In this document: positions 1 to 11,050 of the stretch, in pieces
Numbering within the stretch: position 1 is the first letter of the stretch
How the letters are laid out: every line of letters begins with the position of its first letter
Source of the DNA: Eledone cirrhosa
Taxonomy: Eukaryota
Length of the DNA: 64,000 bases
Assembly: GCA_964016885.1 (NCBI GenBank)
Contig: OZ024766.1
Span: 16,678,001 to 16,742,000 of the forward strand
Direction of reading: 5' to 3'
The notes under the pieces: generated by a model
The model's input: the letters and a program-made list of their open reading frames with translations, nothing else
Told to the model about the DNA's origin: nothing
Database searches by the model: none
Translations under genes and position numbers: made by a program

Positions 1-82
1 TTATTTTAATTTTGTATATATATATATAAATACAGAGAAAGAGAAGAGTAGACAACAGACAATGACAAAGAAGAGGAATTAA

Positions 83-165
83 CCACCCCAGTATTTCACT
101 GGTATTTCATTTATTGACCTCAAAATATCGAAGCAACTTTACCTCAGTGGGATTTGAACTCTGAG
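83..165 (-). mobile_element. Degenerate SINE fragment (one per unit)
   Basis: CTGGTATTTCATTTATTGACC..ACCTCAGTGGGATTTGAACTC resembles the SINE body and B box. Confidence 0.5.
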
Positions 166-333
166 AACTAGAACAGACACTGAAAATATATCAAGATGTG
201 CACACATGTATATAAGAACACATATAAACATACACATACATATACACACACATATATACACAAATAAAGATAATCATTTTCATGGACAGAAATTTCTACA
301 CACTGACATATACACTCATACATATATATATAT

Positions 334-456
334 ATAGGAAAATGTTTAACCCCGATGGCAGAGCTCAAGCCATTTCGACGGTTATGTCTGGACTGTTTCC
401 AGAAATAGCCGTCGAAACGGATTGAGCTCTGCCGTCGGGGTTAAACATTTTCCTAT
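334..456. repeat. 123-bp hairpin palindrome P1 (MITE-like) next to (TA)n
   Basis: ATAGGAAAATGTTTAACCCCGAYGGCAGAGCTCAA...TTGAGCTCTGCCGTCGGGGTTAAACATTTTCCTAT with an inner stem and 5-nt loop. Copies at 17520-17642, 28333-28455, 37101-37223, 44236-44358, 51177-51299, 61059-61181. Confidence 0.85.
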
Positions 457-789
457 TACCCGCTCTACTACCCTAAGTATTGAGTACTCTGGTGCGTATA
501 TGGTCCATCTGGTTCTTTACCACACCTCCTTTGTTATATATATATATATATAAAATTATAAGAAACGAAAGGAGCTGTGTGGTTACTGTAAACAAAGTTT
601 AAGATGGTAATATGGATGAAAGGAGAAAATAAACCCTTCATCAGCTGTAAACCGAGATCATAGATGTTTTGGCACATATATATATATACAGTGTTTGTAA
701 ATTCTGTAACATACAGATTTGTCAGCACAAGTCTTGGTTACAACTTCTACAAATAAAATGAAAGGAGAATAATTTCAGAACAAACAAGT

Positions 790-795
790 TTTATT
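790..795 (-). terminator. Putative polyadenylation signal of ZNF-1 (AATAAA)
   Basis: TTTATT on +, followed on the minus strand by U/GU-rich sequence; conserved at the same place in all seven units. Confidence 0.55.
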
Positions 796-889
796 CAAGA
801 CATTAACAACATTGGTGGCACTATTTTGGGTGAGTGATATGGTTTTTATCTTGTCTGATTGTGTTTCTGTTACATTAAGTAACCTTATG

Positions 890-1335
890 TTGGTACCACA
901 ACATTTAGAAAATGATTTACCACAGACATCACAGTGATAAGGTTCCTCTCCTGTATATGTTAGTGTCTAGTGAAGTCACAACATTTAGAGAATGATTTAC
1001 TGCAGATATCACAGTGATATGGTTCCTTTTCTGTAAATGTTAGTGCTGAGTGAAGTGACTTATTTCAGAGAATGATTTCCCACAGATATCACAGTGATAT
1101 GGTTTCTCTCCTGTATATATATGTTTGTGTCTAGTTAAGCTAGCTTTTATAGATAACAATTTCCACAGATATCACAGTAATATGGCTTTTCTCCAGTATA
1201 TATTTATGTTTGTATGTAGTTAATGTAGCAATACAAGAGAATAATTTCTCCACAATATCAGTGGTATGGCTTCTCACTCATATGAATGTATTTGTGTCTA
1301 ATTAATTTACAATTTTGAGACAATGAGATATGACT
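890..1335 (-). pseudogene. Decayed zinc-finger repeats forming the 3'UTR
   Basis: Repeated GATTTACCACAGATATCACAGTGATATGG finger motif with stops/indels past the stop codon. Also ~18065-18662, 28885-29332, 37650-38254, 44790-45389, 51730-51957, 61610-62212. Confidence 0.85.
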
Positions 1336-1338
1336 TTG

Positions 1339-2364
1339 TTATGGTTTCTTACCTGTATGGGTATATTTGTGTTTAGTTAAATTACTTAATTGAGAGAATG
1401 ATTTACCACAGATATCACAGTGATGTGGCTTCTCACCTGTATGGATACGTAAGTGTTGAGTTAAGGGACTACTTTGAGAGAATGATTTACCACAGATATC
1501 ACAGCGATATGGCTTCTCCCCTGTATGGATACGTAAGTGCTCAGTTAAGTAACTTCTTCGAGAGAATGATTTACCACAGATATCACAGTGATATGGTTTG
1601 TCTCCTGTATGAGTACGTTTGTGTCTAGTTAAGGTACTACTATCAGAGAATGATTTACTACAGATATCACAGTGATATGGCTTGTCTCCTGTATGTATAC
1701 GTTTGTGGCTAGTTAAGGTACTACTATCAGAGAATGATTTACCACAGATATCACAGTGATATGGCTTCTCTCCTGTATGGGTACGTTTGTGGCTAGTTAA
1801 GTGACCACTTTGAGAGAATGATTTACCACAGATATCACAGTGATATGGCTTCTCACCTGTATGTATACTTTTGTGTCTAGTTAAATTACTATTAACAAAG
1901 AATGATTTACCACAGATATCACAGTGATATGGCTTCTCTCCTGAATGGGTACGTTTGTGGCTAGTTAAACTAATATTATTAAAGAATGATTTACCACAGA
2001 TATCACAGTTATAAGGCTTCTCTCCTGTATGAGTACGTATGTGAGAAGTTAAATTACTACTAAAAGAGAATGATTTACCACAGATATCACAGTGATAAGG
2101 CTTGTCTCCTGTATGTGTACGTTTGTGGCTAGTTAAAGTACTACTTACAGAGAATGATTTACCACAGATATCACAGTGATATGGTTTGTCACCTGTATGG
2201 GTACGTATGTGACAAATTAATATACGACTTAGAGAGAATGATTTACCACAGACATCACAGTGATATGGCTTCTCTCCTCTATCCTTTGACATCTCTTCTG
2301 TAATAGCCATATCTTTAGACATTGTTTCACATTTAATCTTCTTTTCACTCAATTTATTTTCCAT
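1339..2364 (-). CDS. C2H2 zinc-finger protein ZNF-1 (33-aa leader + 11 fingers)
   Basis: 341-aa ORF of 28-aa repeats [28 protein letters not shown]; (341-33)/28=11. Confidence 0.95.
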   Translation of the reverse strand: MENKLSEKKIKCETMSKDMAITEEMSKDRGEKPYHCDVCGKSFSLSRILICHIRTHTGDKPYHCDICGKSFSVSSTLTSHKRTHTGDKPYHCDICGKSFSFSSNLTSHIRTHTGEKPYNCDICGKSFFNNISLTSHKRTHSGEKPYHCDICGKSFFVNSNLTRHKSIHTGEKPYHCDICGKSFSQSGHLTSHKRTHTGEKPYHCDICGKSFSDSSTLTSHKRIHTGDKPYHCDICSKSFSDSSTLTRHKRTHTGDKPYHCDICGKSFSRRSYLTEHLRIHTGEKPYRCDICGKSFSQSSPLTQHLRIHTGEKPHHCDICGKSFSQLSNLTKHKYTHTGKKP

Positions 2365-2899
2365 AATAATTCTTCTTCCCTTGGCAGAATTTACAGATGT
2401 TATTCTTTAATATTTTTTATATTATATTCCTAAAAAATATTTCTTCCGTTATATTTCCCTCAATTATGATCTCAGTTAATACCTGAAGATGATGCAAACT
2501 TCTTTGTCATTGAAGCTGAGTTAAAATACAAAATATATCTCTCATATATACACCACACAGTGAAGAAAAGGAATTTTGTCTTTAAACTCAGTTCTGAGGA
2601 AATATATCACAGTAATTCTGATTGATTTTTATAAACAGTGTTACATAAGTTCTGTTTAAAAAGTTTTAATCTTCAAATGATGATAAATAGAGGTGATGTA
2701 TCCAAGATTGAAAATAATAATTTATCCCAATGTCATCTGATATTCTGAAATGAAAAAGAAACAGTATGAAATAATAGAGTATACTTAAGAAGCAGAGATA
2801 GATTAAACAGTGGAAATTTCACATCTATAAACCCTAGAAACTTTTTATTGAAAAATCAAATTATTTTAGTTTTTAATTAGTTACAAGAAATCTTCCTCC

Positions 2900-3430
2900 A
2901 CACCTGCAACCATGAGTGCATCTTGGGTTCTCTTCTCTTCAGAGAGATGGATCCTCATGAGGTGGAGAGAATACTTTGCTGATCTCCCAAACCCGATCAC
3001 AACAGCATCTTCGGATGTACATGAGGTGAATCTGATAGCGGTGACTAATCTCTCGGAGGCTGAGGTCACAAGAGCAATTAAAGAGCTCAAATATGACCGA
3101 CTCATGTGTGTCAGATGGCCTGGGTCTCTGAAATGGCACTCGGGAGTGATAATCCTAATTTATAAAAAGGGAGACACGAGAGATTGTTCCAAATAGAGAG
3201 GGATCACCTTGTTAAGCCTCCCTGGTAAAGTCTATGCTAAGTTTCTGGCAAAGTGATGTAGCGAGTCCGAGCTAGCTGATGGACAGTGAAGTTTGCTCCC
3301 TGGGTGCAACATAACCCACCAAATATTCACACTGTGGCAGGTCTTTGAGAAATCGTGGGAGTATTGCTAAGAGGTATATATTATCGTTTTATAGACCTTG
3401 AAAATGCATATGATCGCATTCTTCAGGACC
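2900..3430 (+). pseudogene. Old non-LTR (RTE-like) reverse transcriptase relic in the intron
   Basis: Translates across stops to RWREYFADL..., GVIILIYKKGDTRDCSK*RGITLLSLPGKVYAK, IFTL..VFEKSWEY, FIDLENAYDRI. Copies at ~20730-21170, 31225-31770, 40570-41115, 46735-47204, 53070-53615. Confidence 0.8.
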
Positions 3431-3569
3431 TGCTGAGCATACAGGAGTTCCCATGGGCAGCCAGTCTTAAACATCTCTGTTATAGGCTGCAGGACGATAA
3501 TAACTAAGTGAGGGCTAAGAACAGAGCCCTGGTGGACACCAGACTACACTCCAAATTCTTCACTATAAT

Positions 3570-3745
3570 TGTTTCTATTTTAAACACAAGGCTAGCAATT
3601 ACCCAGTACATTACTGGTACTTTATTTTATCGACCCGGTATGGATGTAAGGCAAAGTTAACCTCGGCTGGATTTGAACTCAGATCATAAAGGGACATAAC
3701 TCTGTGCCTCAAAGCATGGTGTCCGACTCTCTACCGATACTGCCA
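3570..3745 (-). mobile_element. Full-length tRNA-derived SINE with 12-bp TSD
   Basis: Minus strand A box TGGCAGTATCGG and B box GTTCAAATCC; body CATCC..GGGTCGATAAAATAAAGTACCAG resembles the Nin/Deu-type SINE domain; TSD CTTCACTATAAT at 3558-3569 and 3746-3757. Copies at 21307-21482, 31909-32084, 41253-41428, 53755-53931. Confidence 0.8.
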
Positions 3746-4077
3746 CTTCACTATAATGAATGTTAATCCTGACATTGCTGACTGCTCTTCTATACATGGC
3801 TTTATGATCCTCTATACAAGACATGTATCAGACGGTTATTCAGCTAGCTCTTTAGAGTATTAGAACCTTATTATGTACAGCCACCAAGATCCCACACCAA
3901 CAGATGTCCCTTTACGATCAAAGCAGTGCCCTGAAATACAGATACTCAACCCCTACTTGGCTGGCTAATCAGACATAATTATAATGAAATGAAACCCACA
4001 ATAAAGTAATGTTCAACCATAAGTAGATGAAGTTAATTAAATTGTAAGAGATTTAGACTAAAACAGACAAAATATTA

Positions 4078-6956
4078 ATTTACTTAAAGCAACAACAAGG
4101 TACAGCTAAATATAAACTATATTTTATAATGTAAGGTAGTGAACAAGTTAATTAAATAGACGGAGGTAATTTAAATAATAAATATATCTTTAATTTACTT
4201 AAAGCAATAACAAGGTACAGCTAAATATAAACTATATTTTATAATGTAAGGTAGTGAACAAGATAATTAAATAGATGGAGGTAATTTAAAGAATAAAAAT
4301 ATCTTTAACTTACTTAAAGCAATGACAAGGTACAGCTAAATATAAACTATATTTTATAATGTAAGGTAGTGAACCACAGAATTAAATAGACGGAGGTAAT
4401 TTAAATAATAAATATATCTTTAATTTACTTAAAGCAATAACAAGGTACAGCTAAATATAAACTATATTTTATAATGTAAGGTAGTGAACAAGATAATTAA
4501 ATAGATGGAGGTAATTTAAAGAATAAAAATATCTTTAACTTACTTAAAGCAATGACAAGGTACAGCTAAATATAAACTATATTTTATAATGTAAGGTAGT
4601 GAACAAGATAATTAAATAGACGGAGGTAATTTAAATAATAAATATATCTTTAATTTACTTAAAGCAACAACAAGGTACAGCTAAATATAAACTATATTTT
4701 ATAATGTAAGGTAGTGAACAAGATAATTAAATAAACGGAGGTAATTTAAATAATAAATATATCTTTAATTTACTTAAAGCAACAACAAGGTACAGCTAAA
4801 TATAAAATATATTTTATAATGTAAGGTAGTGAACAAGATAATTAAATAGACGGAGGTAATTTAAATAATAAATATATCTTTAATTTACTTAAAGCAATGA
4901 CAAGGTACAGCTAAATATAAACTATATTTTATAATGTAAGGTAGTGAACAAGATAATTAAATAGACGGAGGTAATTTAGATAATAAATACATCTTTAATT
5001 TACTTAAAGCAATGACAAGGTACAGCTAAATATAAACTATATTTTATAATGTAAGGTAGTGAACAAGATAATTAAATAGACGGAGGTAATTTAAATAATA
5101 AATACATCTTTAATTTACTTAAAGCAATAACAAGGTACAGCTAAATATAAAATATATTTTATAATGTAAGGTAGTGAACAAGATAATTAAATAGACGGAG
5201 GTAATTTAAATAATAAATATATCTTTAATTTACTTAAAGCAACAACAAGGTACAGCTAAATATAAACTATATTTTATAATGTAAGGTAGTGAACAAGATA
5301 ATTAAATAAACGGAGGTAATTTAAATAATAAATATATCTTTAATTTACTTAAAGCAACAACAAGGTACAGCTAAATATAAAATATATTTTATAATGTAAG
5401 GTAGTGAACAAGATAATTAAATAGACGGAGGTAATTTAAATAATAAATATATCTTTAATTTACTTAAAGCAATAACAAGGTACAGCTAAATATAAACTAT
5501 ATTTTATAATGTAAGGTAGTGAACAAGATAATTAAATAGACGGAGGTAATTTAGATAATAAATACATCTTTAATTTACTTAAAGCAATGACAAGGTACAG
5601 CTAAATATAAACTATATTTTATAATATAAGGTAGTGAACAAGATAATTAAATAGACGGAGGTAATTTAAATAATAAATACATCTTTAATTTACTTAAAGC
5701 AATAACAAGGTACAGCTAAATATAAAATATATTTTATAATGTAAGGTAGTGAACAAGATAATTAAATAGACGGAGGTAATTTAAATAATAAATATATCTT
5801 TAATTTACTTAAAGCAATGACAAGGTACAGCTAAATATAAAATATATTTTATAATGTAAGGTAGTGAACAAGATAATTAAATAGACGGAGGTAATTTAAA
5901 TAATAAATACATCTTTAATTTACTTAAAGCAATAACAAGGTACAGCTAAATATAAAATATATTTTATAATGTAAGGTAGTGAACAAGATAATTAAATAGA
6001 CGGAGGTAATTTAAATAATAAATATATCTTTAATTTACTTAAAGCAACAACAAGGTACAGCTAAATATAAACTCTATTTTATAATGTAAAGTAGTGAACC
6101 ACATAATTAAATAGACGGAGGCAATTTAAATAATAAAGATATCTTTAATTTACTTAAAGCAATAACAAGGTACAGCTAAATATAAACTGTATTTTATAAT
6201 GTAAGGTAGTGAACAAGATAATTAAATAGACGGAGGTAATTTAGATAATAAATATATCTTTAATTTACTTAAAGCAACAACAAGGTACAGCTAAATATAA
6301 ACTGTATTTTATAATGTAAGGTAGTGAACAAGATAATTAAATAGACGGAGGCAATTTAAATAATAAAGATATCTTTAATTTACTTAAAGCAACAACAAGG
6401 TACAGCTAAATATAAACTATATTTTATAATTGTTTCTACTTTTGGCACAAGGCCAGCAATTACCCAGTACATTACTGGTACTTTATTTTTATCGACCCCG
6501 TAAGGATGAAAGGCCAAGTCAACCTCGGCGGGATTTGAACTATATTTTATAATGTAAGGTAGTGAACCACATAATTAAATAGACGGAGGTAATTTAAATA
6601 ATAAAGATATCTTTAACTTACTTAAAGCAATGACAAGGTACAGCTAAATATAAACTATATTTTATAATGTAAGGTAGAGAACAAGATAATTAAATAGACG
6701 GAGGTAATTTAAATAATAAAGATATCTTTAATTTACTTAAAGCAATGACAAGGTACAGCTAAATATAAACTATATTTTATAATGTAAGGTAGAGAACAAG
6801 ATAATTAAATAGACGGAGGTAATTTAAATAATAAAGATATCTTTAATTTACTTAAAGCAATAACAAGGTACAGCTAAATATAAACTATATTTTATAATGT
6901 AAGGTAGTGAACCACATAATTAAATAGACGGAGGTAATTTAAATAATAAATATATC
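4078..6956. repeat. Satellite A, 115-bp AT-rich tandem repeat (~24 units, plus ~1 more at 11051-11160)
   Basis: TACAGCTAAA recurs at 4101, 4216, 4331, 4446, 4561 ... 6401 (period 115). Confidence 0.95.
6431..6537 (-). mobile_element. 5'-truncated SINE inserted in satellite A
   Basis: 107 bp of the same SINE family flanked by AACTATATTTTATAAT (6415-6430 and 6538-6553); shifts the satellite register by 123 bp. Confidence 0.85.
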
Positions 6957-7242
6957 TGTGGGTATGGTGTGGGGTGCAGTGGCCGGAGTGCTCGACCGGA
7001 AGGGGTTTTTGAGTGCTCGACAGGAAGGGGTCTTTGACCGGAAGGATGCTCGACCGGAAGGGGCAGGAGAGGGCCTCAGCATACGGTGAGGACGCGTTTT
7101 GGGCAGCTTCCGGTGTTAAGCAGTCGGACGCACGTGGAAGAGGAGTACCTGCAGTGGAAGTTAGCGGCGCCTGTGAAAAGCGGTAAGTGAGATAGCTTTT
7201 TCTAACCACAAGCTATTTCGGCGACTGAATAAAAAAAAGAAG

Positions 7243-7276
<34 letters not shown>

Positions 7277-7291
7277 ACTTGCCGCAAAACA
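6957..7291 (+). repeat. 5' LTR (right boundary uncertain)
   Basis: Starts TGTG; first ~185 bp match the 3' LTR; AATAAA at 7228-7233 and an A-run; possible ACA end at 7291. Confidence 0.65.
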
Positions 7292-7300
7292 AATCAGAAG

Positions 7301-8062
7301 ATGGCGACAAGACTACGGATGAACGAAGCTATCAGGCCATTCACCGGGAAAGGTGATGTTGTCGCTTGGCTGCGGAAGGTTCGGCTGGTCGCGGGCTTGC
7401 AGAAGATAGAAGACGTGGCCGGCCTCATGGCATTGTACCTCGAGGGCGACGTGTTGGTACTCTTCCTTGAGTTGGACGAGCACAGCCAAAGAGATGTGCA
7501 GAAGATTGAGAGGCATCTGATGGATGCATTCGCCGAGGGACCGTTGGCGGCTTTTGCTAAGCTGGCGAGAATCAGGTGGAATGGTGAGCGCGTCGACATT
7601 TTCGCAGCGGAAATAAGGCGGTTGGCCATGTTGGCGGGTTACCAGGCGGAATGCGAACGCACGGTGCGGTTGGCGTTCATCAATGGATTTCCGGACGACA
7701 TAGCGGTGAAACTGCAGCAAGTCCCGGGGTACAAGGAGATGGAAATGCGTACACTGGTGGAACAAGCCCGGATCATAGCGGAAGATGCCAAAAAGAGTGT
7801 TGCGGCGATAGCAACTACGGAGGCTCAGGACACCTGGCAGCGAAATGGTCAAAGGGAGGCAACCTCGGCACGCGGCCGTTCGCGAGAATTTAAGGGCCGC
7901 TGTTTTAGGTGTCAGGGCCCGCATATGGCTAGAGACTGTAGAGAGTCGAAGCCGGATATAATTAGCTACCGGTGTAAGCGACCAGGCCACATCGCTACTA
8001 ACTGCGACCAGGGAAACGGTCCAAGGGGAACTACTGCGCCGGTAGTTGCCCCTTACGAGTAG
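7301..8062 (+). CDS. gag: Gypsy Gag with zinc knuckles
   Basis: 253-aa ORF with CFRCQGPHMARDC and a degenerate SYRCKRPGHIATNC knuckle. Confidence 0.88.
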   Translation: MATRLRMNEAIRPFTGKGDVVAWLRKVRLVAGLQKIEDVAGLMALYLEGDVLVLFLELDEHSQRDVQKIERHLMDAFAEGPLAAFAKLARIRWNGERVDIFAAEIRRLAMLAGYQAECERTVRLAFINGFPDDIAVKLQQVPGYKEMEMRTLVEQARIIAEDAKKSVAAIATTEAQDTWQRNGQREATSARGRSREFKGRCFRCQGPHMARDCRESKPDIISYRCKRPGHIATNCDQGNGPRGTTAPVVAPYE

Positions 8063-8068
8063 CGGCGC
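8011..8068 (+). promoter_or_regulatory. -1 programmed ribosomal frameshift signal (slippery heptamer + pseudoknot)
   Basis: G GGA AAC in gag frame at 8011-8017, 7-nt spacer, stem 8025-8034/8042-8052, loop GCGCCG complementary to CGGCGC at 8063-8068; pol is open in the -1 frame. Confidence 0.8.
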
Positions 8069-10873
8069 TGCCCGTGGTGGAAGTCTTCGTGAGGGGGAAG
8101 CCACAGCGAGCCCTCGTGGATACGGGCTGTACGACGACACTGTGGACCGCGGGGGTGGCGCAGAGGTGGGGAGGGAAGAGCAGCGTAAGGGCAGTCGACG
8201 GCAGGAAAATTGAATGCCGAGGTCGCAGCGAGATGGAAATAGCGGTTCGGGGAAGGAGGATAAGGCTTTCCGCCATCGTGGTAGACAGTGTGGTGGATGG
8301 GATCGGCGTGGTTATGGGCTTGGACGCGATTGGCCGTCTAGGGGGCGTCACAGTGAACAATGTCGGTGTGTCGTTTGGCGCCGCTGCATCAGTATGCGCT
8401 GTGAGTGCACGTCATGAGAACCAGAAGGCCCACGAGGAGCAATACCCCGCTTACACTGTACAGGACAAAGACTTCAAGGCCGTGTTTGATGGGCAGCGAT
8501 GGGTTGTTGAGTGGTACTGGAAGGGAGAACCACCAACACTGAAGACCAAAGTGGGCTGCTATCAACACACATTGAAGGGAAACGCTAGGGGCGAGTTCGA
8601 GCGAGAAGTAGAGAGATGGATCGAAGAGGGCATACTGCTTCCCTGGAAGGAGGAGGTGAAGTGCAGAGTATTGCCGTTGATGGCGGTGGTGCAACCCACG
8701 AAGAGCAAGGTGAGGCCGGTGCTGGACTATCGAGAGCTGAACGAGCACGTGTCATGCCACACGGGTGGCGAGGTCACGGATGTCTGGGGAAACCCTGCGT
8801 GAGTGGAGACGCATGACGGGGGGTTCAGCGATCGTGGATCTAAAGTCGGCTTACTTGCAGTTGCATATAGATGAGAAGCTCTGGCGGTATCAGCTGGTCA
8901 GGTATAAGGGCCGGATATATTGCCTGACCAGGCTCGGTTTCGGGCTGAGCTCCGCACCGAAGATCATGGCGGCGGTCCTCAAGACCGCTCTGGGGAGGGC
9001 CGACAAGATAAAGAGGGCCACTAACTCCTACATTGACGACATCCTAGTGGATAAGTCGGTGGTGTCGACGGCGGAGGTCACGAGCCATTTGCGGAGGTAT
9101 GGACTGGCTGCGAAGCCGTCAGAAGCGTTGGAGGGAGGAGCCGCGCTGGGACTTAGGCTACGGCGAGACAGGACGGGCGTCTTGGTGTTCCAGAGGGGAA
9201 ACGAAGTTCCGGAACTGGGCCCAAGTATGAGTAGGCGGGAGCTTTTCTCGGTGTGTGGAAAGCTGGTGGGTCACTACCCGATCGCTGGGTGGCTCCGGAC
9301 GGCATGCAGCTATGTCAAGAGACGAGCGGGAGGGGTGACTTGGAGTGACAGAGTGGGAGAGAGAACGGTGGCCATGATGCAGGAGATCGTGGGGGAGGGT
9401 GAAGGCCGATGACCCAGTGCGGGGACGCTGGTACGTTCCCAAATCACGGGGCGGGACCGTATGGTGCGATGCCAGCAGCATAGCGCTGGGTGTCACGTTG
9501 GAGATAGGAGGTGTTGAGGTCGAGGATGCAGCCTGGCTTAGAAAGAAGGACGACTGCAGCCACATCAATGTGGCCGAGCTGGACGCGGTGTTGAGAGGGG
9601 TGAACCTCGCCCTGCGGTGGGGGCTGCGCACCATCGAGATACGCACCGACTCGGATGGGTAAGATCAGTGCTCACCAGTGAGAAGAGAGTGCGAACGAGA
9701 GGCGCGGCGGAGATGCTGATAAAGCGCCGCCTGGGAACGTTAGGAGAGCTGGCCACCGAGTTCGACCTGAAGCTGAGCGTAGTTTTCGTGCCCTCAGAGA
9801 AAAATAGGGCGGACATCTTAACTAGAGTGAAGAAAGCCTGGATGGAAGCGCCGGAGGAGGTAGAGGATGAGATAGCTGCCGTGTGTCGGCTGACCGAGTT
9901 AGACCTGAAGGGGTTGCATGACATGCACCACATGGGGGTGGATAGGAGCCTGTTCCTAGCCAGGAGAATCGACTCGGACGTTAGCAGACACAGTGTTCGG
10001 GGGGTGGTTAGAGGCTGCGTCCGATGTCAGTCCATTGATCCCGCCCCGGGTGTACACGAAACGGGAAGCCTCCCGGTGGATCGCGACTGGAAGCGATTAG
10101 CGGTGGATGTGACGCACTACCGGCAGGGAACGTACCTCTCGATGGTCGACTGTGGACCAGGTCGAGTGGCGATATGGAGGGAGATGAAGACTGGAACGGC
10201 CGAGGAAATCGTGCGGACGTTGAGAGAGGTGTTCTTGGAGCGGGGCCCTGTGGATGAACTGCTGATGGACAACAGCGCAGCGTTCCGCTCGGAGACACTG
10301 AGGGGGATGCTCGAGGGATGGAAGGTGGACCGTTTCTTCAGAGCGGCGCACAGGCCGAGCGGGAATGGAATCGTGGAGCGACACCACCGGACGATCAAGG
10401 CAATGGCGGAGCGGGGCCATATCTCACCAATGGAGGCAGTGTTCTGGTACAATATGTCCCCTCGGGTTGGACAGGTCGAGGAATCGGTCCCACACAGAGC
10501 AGTATTCAAATACGAGTGGCGGCACCCGTGCACGCCACCACAACGGCCAGTGGGGAGAGAGAGTGCATTCGTGCAGGTGGGCGAAGAAGTCTGGGTTAAG
10601 CCCCCAGATGCACGGTGCACATCTCAATGGGGAAGGGGAACGGTGACGGCCGTAAATTCAAAGAACAATGTGTCCGTGGACGGGGTACCATGTCATGTCC
10701 TGGATGTAAGAAGAATCACTGTATCGACGGACTCCGAGGAAGAGGAAACCCAAGATGAGGTGGAAACCCAGAGCCCTGCCCCAATACTACGAAGATCGCA
10801 ACGAAGTCGTAGACCACCGACCTGGACGGCAGACTTTCATATGCAGAGGGACGAGGGGGAAATTGATCCTTGA
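8011..10873 (+). pseudogene. pol: Gypsy Pol (protease, RT, RNase H, integrase) broken by ~3 frameshifts
   Basis: ALVDTGC (PR); RPVLDYRELN, VDLKSAYLQ, YIDDIL (RT); CDAS, INVAEL, RTDS (RH); HHCC-like region, LAVDVT, LMDNS, GIVERHH (IN). Split over ORFs 8074-8802, 8765-9412, 9399-9662, 9617-10873. Confidence 0.88.
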
Positions 10874-10883
10874 GATCGGGGGG

Positions 10884-11050
10884 TGTATGGTGTGGCGTGC
10901 GGTGGCCGGAGGCGGGGGGCTCGACCGGAAGGGGTCTTTGACCGGAAGGATGCTCGACCGGAAGGGCCTCTCTCTAGTGGTGACCAGCATACGGTGAGGA
11001 CGCGTTTTGGCCAGCTCCCGGTGTTAAACAGTCGGACGCACGTGGAAGAG
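10884..11050 (+). repeat. 3' LTR, truncated
   Basis: Starts TGTATGGTG right after GATCGGGGGG; ends GGAAGAG without CA. Confidence 0.75.

Larger units (their letters stand above)
6957..11050 (+). mobile_element. Ty3/Gypsy LTR retrotransposon (~4.1 kb) inserted in satellite A
   Basis: gag-PR-RT-RH-IN order; terminal direct repeats 6957-7141 and 10884-11050; TATC duplicated at 6953-6956 and 11051-11054; polypurine tract before the 3' LTR. Confidence 0.93.

Noticed and set aside
168-728. Short ORFs rich in Y/I/C/V/H/T repeated in each unit
   Set aside because: They are translations of (TA)n/(CA)n microsatellite and AT-rich sequence; recurrence reflects unit duplication and frames are not conserved
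1398-1628. Plus-strand ORFs antisense to ZNF exons (also 39042, 52379, 63000)
   Set aside because: Shadow frames of the finger repeat
3660-3745. tRNA gene
   Set aside because: A and B boxes are present, but it continues into a SINE body with a TSD and I see no cloverleaf
7294-10990. Many overlapping antisense and alternate-frame ORFs in the Gypsy element
   Set aside because: Expected in GC-rich coding DNA; no recognisable motifs
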